The translations under genes were made by a program, and so were the position numbers. A stretch of DNA of 64,000 nucleotides from contig OZ244065.1 of the NCBI GenBank assembly GCA_965215505.1, positions 480,001 to 544,000 on the forward strand. Direction: 5' to 3'. The notes under the pieces were generated by a model, which saw only the letters and a list, made by a program, of their open reading frames with translations, did not search any database and was not told the DNA's origin. Shown here piece by piece: positions 57,811-64,000 of this stretch. The stretch is from Capsulimonadaceae bacterium (GTDB lineage Bacteria > Armatimonadota > Armatimonadia > Armatimonadales > Capsulimonadaceae). The first letter of the stretch is position 1; the number at the start of each line of letters is the position of its first letter.

Positions 57811-59454
57811 ATGGCCGCATCGTCGCCCACCGACTCCCCGCCCGACATTCCGCGCTTCCGCCCCACGCGGCGGCAGTGCCTCACGGCGGGCGCGCTGGCA
57901 ACCGCTGCCCTTGCAGGCCTGCGGCCAGCTTCCGCCGCCCCCCCGGCCCTGGACGATGTCCCTGCCGTGCCTGTGAAGTCGCCTGTTCCGGTAAAACTCC
58001 CCTCGCCTCTCCTGCGCTACAACCCCGCAGTGAACTGGGACGACCCGACCCTGCGTCTCGTGCGGCGCGTCACGATGGGACTGACGACTGCCGAAGCGCA
58101 GCGGGCGGCCTCGCTGGGGTACGACGGCTACCTGGAGTATCAGCTCAACGCGGACGGGATAGACGACAGTACTGTCGAGGGCTACGTCGGGACCAACTAT
58201 CCCACCCTGTCCATGTCGCCGCATGACCTGCGCGCGGCCTATTCCACGACGAACAGCTTGGTCAGCAACCCGCTGTTCGAGGCGACTCTGTTCCGGTCCA
58301 TGTACTCCCAGCGTCAGCTTTTGCAGCGCATGGTGGAGCTGTGGTCGGACCACTTCAACATCTGGATCGGCAAGGCCGACATCCTGTACCTGAAGGGGGA
58401 TGACGACCGGGACGTCGTCCGCGCCCATGCGCTTGGGAAGTTCCCCGACATGCTGCGGGCCAGCGCGCACAGCCCGGCCATGCTCCAGATGCTGGACAAC
58501 AGCAGCAGCCGGGGCGACGGCAAACCGGCCAAGTCACCCAATCAGAACTACGCCCGTGAGCTGATGGAGCTGCACACCCTGGGCGTGGACGGCGGCTACA
58601 CGCAGACGGACGTTCTGGAGGTGGCCCGCTGCTTCACCGGATGGAGCATGGAGACCGACTCGACCAGCCCGAACTATGGGACGTTCAAGTACATCCCAGG
58701 CTATCACGACAACGGGGCGAAGACCGTGCTGGGGCACACGATCCCGGCGACGGGAGCCACGACCGTCGGGGCCGGCATCACGGACGGACAAACGGTACTC
58801 GACATCCTGGCGAGCCACCCCAGCACCGCGCTCATGGTCGCCGGCAAGATGACTCGGTGGCTGCTGCGTTCCGACCCGTCGCCCGCGCTCCTCCAGAGCG
58901 TCGCCCAGGTCTATCTAAGCACCGGCGGCGACATCAAGGCCATGATCCGGGCCATCCTGCAAGAAGACCTGCTGATGCAGGCTCCGGCCAAATACAAGCG
59001 GCCATATCACCTGCTCGTCTCCGCCGTCCGGGCGACCGCCCCGACGGTCAGCGATCCGGCCCGCTGGCTCGCGGCGCTGCGTCCGCAGACCGACCCCTTG
59101 GGGCAGACGCCGTTCGAGTGGCAGGCGCCCAACGGCTACCCGGACGCGCTCGGCTACTGGGCCGGGCTGATCCTGCCGCGCTGGAACTTCGGCATCACGC
59201 TCGCCAACAACGGCTTCGCGGGCGGTGCCATGGACATCACAGCGCTCCAGAAGGCGGCGACCCCCCAGGCGATCGCCGATCTGCTGAACGCGGCCCTGTT
59301 CGGCGGCGGCCTTCCGTCGCCGGAGAAGGACGCCCTGACGCATTTCCTGGCCTCCACCGTGCCCCCGCCGACCGCCGCCAAGCCGCTCGCCGCCCAGCGC
59401 ATCCGGGACGTGATCGGCCTGGCCCTGGCCTCCCCCAACTTCCAGTGGTATTAA
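57811..59454 (+). CDS. DUF1800 family protein, Tat signal
   Basis: TRRQCL; RQLLQRMVELWSDHFN, SPAML..LDN, NQNYARELMELHTLGV.GGYTQ.DV, APNGYPD; RBS AAGGAGG. Confidence 0.92.
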   Translation: MAASSPTDSPPDIPRFRPTRRQCLTAGALATAALAGLRPASAAPPALDDVPAVPVKSPVPVKLPSPLLRYNPAVNWDDPTLRLVRRVTMGLTTAEAQRAASLGYDGYLEYQLNADGIDDSTVEGYVGTNYPTLSMSPHDLRAAYSTTNSLVSNPLFEATLFRSMYSQRQLLQRMVELWSDHFNIWIGKADILYLKGDDDRDVVRAHALGKFPDMLRASAHSPAMLQMLDNSSSRGDGKPAKSPNQNYARELMELHTLGVDGGYTQTDVLEVARCFTGWSMETDSTSPNYGTFKYIPGYHDNGAKTVLGHTIPATGATTVGAGITDGQTVLDILASHPSTALMVAGKMTRWLLRSDPSPALLQSVAQVYLSTGGDIKAMIRAILQEDLLMQAPAKYKRPYHLLVSAVRATAPTVSDPARWLAALRPQTDPLGQTPFEWQAPNGYPDALGYWAGLILPRWNFGITLANNGFAGGAMDITALQKAATPQAIADLLNAALFGGGLPSPEKDALTHFLASTVPPPTAAKPLAAQRIRDVIGLALASPNFQWY

Positions 59455-59466
59455 AGGAAAATCAAC

Positions 59467-60756
59467 ATGAGCAGGTCAATCGAGACCGGGTGCGACGAGT
59501 ACAAGGCGCTGTCGCGCCGCCAGTTCCTCTCCGGCACGGTGAAGGGCGCGATGCTTGCCTCCTTCATCCCCGCCTGGATTCCCCAGGTGGCGTTCGCCCA
59601 ATCCGACTCCTCCAGCCGGGACGTGATCGTCTCCATCTTCGGGCGCGGGGCGTTCGACGGGCTGACGCTCTGCGTCCCCTACGGGGAAAAGGCCTACTAC
59701 GCGGCCAGGCCGACCATCGCCATCGCGCCGCCCAGCAGCACGGACCCGAACAGCGCCGTTGACCTGGACGGCTTCTTCGGGCTACCGCCGGCGATGGGGG
59801 CGCTGCTGGAGATGTACCAGGCGAAGAATCTGCTGCTGGTCCACGGGGCGGGTTCCATAGACCCCTCCCATTCCCACTTTGACGCCCAGCGGTACATGGA
59901 GGTCGGCAAGCCGGAAGACCTGTCGCTGACGACGGGCTGGCTGGGACGGCACCTGGCGAGTACACCGCCTGTCATGGCGAACGCCCCGCTGCGCGCGCTG
60001 AGCATCGCCAACGCCTTGCCGGCGACCTTGGCCGGCTCGCCCCTGGCGCTCCCCGTCCCGAACCCATCCTCCTTCGGGCTGGCCGGCACGGCCGCCACGC
60101 GCACCGAGCGGGTCCAGTGGCTGACTGACACCTATGCCACCGTGGACGACCCGGTCCAGGCGGCGGCGGAGAACACGACAAAGACATTCAACCTGCTGGA
60201 GAACATCGGCTTCGCGACCTACAAACCGTCGGGCGGCGCGGTCTACCCCAACAACGGCTTCGGCAACGCCCTGAAGTCGGCGGCTGCTCTGATCAAAGCC
60301 CAGGTGGGGGTCGAGGCCATCCACATAGACATCGGCGGCTGGGACACGCACAGCGCCCAGGGGCCGCTGACCGGCGGCATGGCGGCCAACATGAAGACGC
60401 TGGCGGGCGCACTGGCCGCCTTCCAGACCGACATCTCCTCCGGCCCGGTGACCGGCGTGACGACCGCCGTGGTGTCCGAGTTCGGACGCACGGTACATGA
60501 GAACGCCAGCAAGGGCACCGACCACGGGCACGGGAACGTCATGTTCCTGATGGGCGAGAAGATCAACGGCGGGCGCGTCCTGGCGAACTGGCCCGGCCTG
60601 GCCCCGGAGCAGCTCTACTTGAAGCAGGACCTCCAGGTGACGATTGACTACCGGGACATCCTGGCCGAAGTCGTACAGAAGCGGCTGGGGAACTCCGCGC
60701 TGCCGTTCGTGTTCCCCGACCACACCGCCAAGTTCTACGGCGTGACGAAGGCTTGA
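59467..60756 (+). CDS. DUF1501 family protein, Tat signal
   Basis: SRRQFL; RGAFDGL, SHFDAQ, GWLGR, GGWDTH, SEFGRT..EN..GTDHGHG, DYRD. Confidence 0.92.
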   Translation: MSRSIETGCDEYKALSRRQFLSGTVKGAMLASFIPAWIPQVAFAQSDSSSRDVIVSIFGRGAFDGLTLCVPYGEKAYYAARPTIAIAPPSSTDPNSAVDLDGFFGLPPAMGALLEMYQAKNLLLVHGAGSIDPSHSHFDAQRYMEVGKPEDLSLTTGWLGRHLASTPPVMANAPLRALSIANALPATLAGSPLALPVPNPSSFGLAGTAATRTERVQWLTDTYATVDDPVQAAAENTTKTFNLLENIGFATYKPSGGAVYPNNGFGNALKSAAALIKAQVGVEAIHIDIGGWDTHSAQGPLTGGMAANMKTLAGALAAFQTDISSGPVTGVTTAVVSEFGRTVHENASKGTDHGHGNVMFLMGEKINGGRVLANWPGLAPEQLYLKQDLQVTIDYRDILAEVVQKRLGNSALPFVFPDHTAKFYGVTKA

Positions 60757-60765
60757 TTGGCCCGC

Positions 60766-61080
60766 ATGCCCGCTCCCGCCCGTATCCTGCTCTCCGCAGT
60801 CGCTCTGCTCTGGCTGATCGCTGAATGGTCGCTTGCCCTCCCGCCCCTGCTGCGGGAGGGCTTTTGGCCGTGGCACCTCGCCGCCCTAGGCCGCCTGCGC
60901 CATGACGCCGCCTTCCAACTGGTGGCGCTGGACTATTTGCTGGCCTACGCCGTCGCGTTCGGCGTTTCCGTATGCGACGCCCGGCGGCGTTCGCGGCACT
61001 GGGGCCTTTGGGCGGTGGCTTTCCTGCTGTTAACAGCGCCCGCGCTGCTGTTCTACTGGGCCACCCGTAGGTCCGTGTAG
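60766..61080 (+). CDS. Small hypothetical membrane protein
   Basis: About three hydrophobic segments; directly follows DUF1501. Confidence 0.55.
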   Translation: MPAPARILLSAVALLWLIAEWSLALPPLLREGFWPWHLAALGRLRHDAAFQLVALDYLLAYAVAFGVSVCDARRRSRHWGLWAVAFLLLTAPALLFYWATRRSV

Positions 61081-61814
61081 CGGATGACCTGGACGTCCAG
61101 AGCAGCCAGCGCGGCGGGCAGGCCGGGATCGGTCAGCAGGCGGCGGTCGGCGTCGCGCCACTTCGCGACCTGGCCGATGCCGTCAAAACGGCGCATGTCG
61201 TCGGCGTCCCAGCCGGGGTGGGTGACATGGACATACGCGCCGGGCGGGGCGGCTTCGAGTGACTTCAGGAACGAGTCCATGCCCCCCGATCCGCCCGCGT
61301 CGGGCAGGACCGGCAGCCCGTGCGCGTCAACCAGGCCCTCGCGCCGTGCTATCCCCGCGATCCCTGCCCGCAGCTCGGGCCACGGCCAGGAGACACCCAT
61401 GTGTTCGTCCATGTAGCCGACGGTCAGCCCGGCCTCCCGCATCCGCGCCAGTTGGGCCTCGATCTCGGCCAGCATTTCCTCCACCCGCGCTCCGTGTTCC
61501 TGCGTCTCGGCGGGCGTCGGCCAGAAGTAACCCCGTTCATCTACCAAAGACGCCACCCGGTCGCGCGGCAGGACGGGGGGCCATTTGACCGTTTCCCATT
61601 CGGCGTTCAAAGTGACGTGCAGGCCCAGGCGGATCGTCTCAGGCAGGCTTTTCAGCAGCGGCACTGCTGCTTCAAAGGCGGGGCCAGGGACCATGACGGA
61701 GACGTTGCGGAGGACGCCGTGGCGGGCCGCCTGCCGGATGGCGACGTTGGCGCTCTCGCACGAGCCGGCGTCATCGCCGCGCGTGACCAGGCGGATGCGG
61801 GGTGTGGAAGACAT
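61053..61814 (-). CDS. YdjC/ChbG-family carbohydrate deacetylase
   Basis: RGDDAG, SVMVP, GLHVTLNAEW, DEHMG, THPG; leaderless promoter TTGACA-17-TATACT-6-ATG. Confidence 0.88.
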   Translation of the reverse strand: MSSTPRIRLVTRGDDAGSCESANVAIRQAARHGVLRNVSVMVPGPAFEAAVPLLKSLPETIRLGLHVTLNAEWETVKWPPVLPRDRVASLVDERGYFWPTPAETQEHGARVEEMLAEIEAQLARMREAGLTVGYMDEHMGVSWPWPELRAGIAGIARREGLVDAHGLPVLPDAGGSGGMDSFLKSLEAAPPGAYVHVTHPGWDADDMRRFDGIGQVAKWRDADRRLLTDPGLPAALAALDVQVIRYTDLRVAQ

Positions 61815-61915
61815 GATGCTAGTATAAGCTTCCCGCGCGGGCCTGTCAAGCAGGGGAAACCGATGCCCACGTCGAACCTACGGCCCGAACCAACTTTTTG
61901 AGGAGCAACCAACAT

Positions 61916-63139
61916 TTGCAGCGCGCCAAACGACTCTCGCTGATCCCGCCCTATCTCTTCGGCGAGATCGCCAAACTAAAAGCCCAGGCCATCGCCGACG
62001 GGCGTGACCTCATTGACCTCGGCATCGGGGACCCGGACCAGCCGACCCCGCCGGAGATCATTGACAAGCTCAACGCCTTCGCGCACGACCCCGCGACCCA
62101 CCGTTATGACGAGTCCAACGCGGGTCCGGCCGAATTCCTATCGGCCGTCGCGACCTGGTTCCAGAACCGCTTCGGCGTGGAGCTTGACCCGTCATGCGAG
62201 ATCATCGAGCTGATCGGGAGCAAGGAAGGGCTGGCCCACGCCGCCTGGGCCTTCATTGACCCCGGCGACATCGCCCTGGTCCCTGACCCGGCCTACACGG
62301 TCGTCAAGGTGAACACCCTGCTCGCGGGCGGGACGCCCTACGAGATGCCGCTGCTGGCCGAGAACGGGTTCATGCCCGACCTGTCGCTGATCCCCGGCGA
62401 CGTGGTGAAACGGGCCAAGCTGATGTACCTGAACTACCCGAACAACCCGACCGGAGCGGTGGCGACTCGCGAGTTCTTCCAGGAGGCCGTGAACTTCGCC
62501 CGCGAAACCGGTATCCTGATCCTGCACGACTGCGCCTACGCTGAGGTCGGCTATGACGGGTATTTGGCACCGAGCATTCTGGAGATCGAAGGGGCCAAAG
62601 AAGTCGCCATCGAGACGCACTCCCTGTCCAAGACCTTCAACATGACGGGCTGGCGCATCGGCTTCGCCGTGGGCAACCCGGACGCCCTGCGCGCCCTGAA
62701 CACGATCAAGGGGAACGTGGACAGCAAGCAGTTCTCGGCCATCGCCCTGACGGCGGGCTGGGCCTTGAACCACGCAAGCAACGAACCCGCTTTGGCGCTC
62801 ATGAAGCGCCGCCGAGACGTCCTGATTGACGGCCTGAACCGGCTCGGCTGGAAACTGGAGAAGCCGCAGGCGGCCTTCTACGTCTGGGCACCCGTCCCGC
62901 CCGGCTACACCTCGGCGACGTTCTCCCGCGCGCTGCTGGAGAAGGCCGACGTATTAGCCATCCCCGGCCTCGGCTATGGCCCGCACGGCGACGGCTACGT
63001 CCGCATGTCGCTGACGGTGAGCGGCGACAAGAACGGCGAGCTGCTGGAAGAGGCGGTTCGGCGGATCGAGAAGAACGTCGAGATTAAGTGGGACGGGGCA
63101 AGCTCCGGGGCTGCGCTTCTCGGCGATTCGAGCGGTTGA
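61916..63139 (+). CDS. dapL: PLP-dependent aminotransferase, LL-diaminopimelate aminotransferase-like
   Basis: IPPYLF, DLGIGDPD, GSKEGL, NYPNNPTG, DCAY, SLSKTFNMTGWRIG; TTG after GAGGAG. Confidence 0.75.
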   Translation: MQRAKRLSLIPPYLFGEIAKLKAQAIADGRDLIDLGIGDPDQPTPPEIIDKLNAFAHDPATHRYDESNAGPAEFLSAVATWFQNRFGVELDPSCEIIELIGSKEGLAHAAWAFIDPGDIALVPDPAYTVVKVNTLLAGGTPYEMPLLAENGFMPDLSLIPGDVVKRAKLMYLNYPNNPTGAVATREFFQEAVNFARETGILILHDCAYAEVGYDGYLAPSILEIEGAKEVAIETHSLSKTFNMTGWRIGFAVGNPDALRALNTIKGNVDSKQFSAIALTAGWALNHASNEPALALMKRRRDVLIDGLNRLGWKLEKPQAAFYVWAPVPPGYTSATFSRALLEKADVLAIPGLGYGPHGDGYVRMSLTVSGDKNGELLEEAVRRIEKNVEIKWDGASSGAALLGDSSG

Positions 63140-63187
63140 AAACCGCTCGCTAGGCGAGGTGTCCTTCGGACAGGAGAGAAGGCTGTC

Positions 63188-63789
63188 ATAACCATACTAG
63201 TATCACCGTTCCGCTATTTCCGCGACCCGCACCACTTCTCCAGCTATGCCGATGCTGGAGAAGTGTGCCTTTCTGCAGGTTCGCGCGGGCGGGTTATGGG
63301 GGTGGATTTTACGGCGAGTCTGAACATGACGACCTTGAGTTCATCTGTGAGGTCTGCTTACTCGCTGGCAAGCTGACGGAGAAGAGTCTATTCATGAACG
63401 AAGCTGTAGACCTTCGCCCCGACATACGGCAGCACTACCCTCGGTTGTCCGAAGCTGAGGTGGTGGCGCTTACCCAACAGCGGACCTCTGAACTGGAACA
63501 GCGAACGCCGAGCATCATGGCCTGGCAACCGCTTCTCTGGCCGATTCATTGTGGCGACTTCTGCTGCTTTGTCAAAGAGGCGGGTCAACTGGATATGCAC
63601 AGGCTGGCACCGGACGGAGATGGGCGGGTGTTCTTCAAGGCTCACCTGAACGAGCCAGGGCGGAACGACATTTGGGAGACGGTGCGCCCTGATGCACCCG
63701 AAGACAACTCCGTCGGCTGCTCGGTTGGAGTTTACCTGTTTCAGTGCCTGGAATGTGGCGAGTACCTAATAACATGGGATTGCGATTGA
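63188..63789 (+). pseudogene. CbrC/UPF0167-family protein with 1-nt deletion near 63268
   Basis: Upstream frame SPFRYFRDP...EVC joins PFC..GGFY..ICEVC..RTPSIMAWQ..WPIHCGDFC..YLFQCLECG; only an ATA is available as start. Confidence 0.75.
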
Positions 63790-64000
63790 AACTCTCCGGC
63801 GTCTTCCTAGATAGGGACGGGGTGCTGAACCCGCACATCCCCGGAGACTACCTCTACTCCGCCGACAAGCTCGTCGTCCTGCCTGGCGTCGCATTGGCCG
63901 TGCGCCGGCTAAACGACGCTGGCCTGCCGGTCATCCTCATCTCCAACCAGCAGGGGGTGGGCAAGGGGCTGATGACGATGGACGACCTGCTCGGCATCGA
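63786..64000 (+). CDS. gmhB: HAD-IIIA hydrolase, GmhB-like heptose bisphosphate phosphatase (partial)
   Basis: Manual translation MKLSGVFLDRDGVLN...LPGV..AVRRLN.AG...ISNQQGVGKG; TTGA overlap. Confidence 0.8.
   Translation, partial: MKLSGVFLDRDGVLNPHIPGDYLYSADKLVVLPGVALAVRRLNDAGLPVILISNQQGVGKGLMTMDDLLGI

Overview
High-GC bacterial chromosomal segment. The PEP-CTERM protein, SARP/STAND regulator, orphan RHS cassette, heterodimeric lycopene cyclase and Firmicutes-like LexA box fit Armatimonadota (Capsulimonas-like); this is inference, not a database result. Housekeeping backbone: lexA, tRNA-Pro(CGG), recJ, fused secDF, tig-clpP-clpX-lon, dapL, gmhB, menA-like. Accessory content: a VapBC-type TA operon; a promoter-driven mini-RHS toxin/immunity cassette with a collapsed second core; a SARP-STAND-TPR regulator divergent from a 1211-aa secreted lectin/IPT protein and a PEP-CTERM protein; a ~13 kb secreted glycoside hydrolase cluster (GH76, GH116, GH2-CBM32, GH-A-CBM, two beta-propellers, GntR/LacI regulator); a solitary OGG-like DNA glycosylase gene; a redoxin-cytochrome c-copper monooxygenase fusion; and a Tat-exported DUF1800/DUF1501 pair. 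Unexplained signals: a 132-bp palindromic element inserted in frame in a glycosyltransferase, a sigma54-driven small transcription unit, a long G-U-rich leader hairpin, two candidate C-terminal sorting domains, widespread leaderless promoters, and frameshifts confined to lower-GC conflict-type genes. No CRISPR array, rRNA, integrase or transposase was seen.
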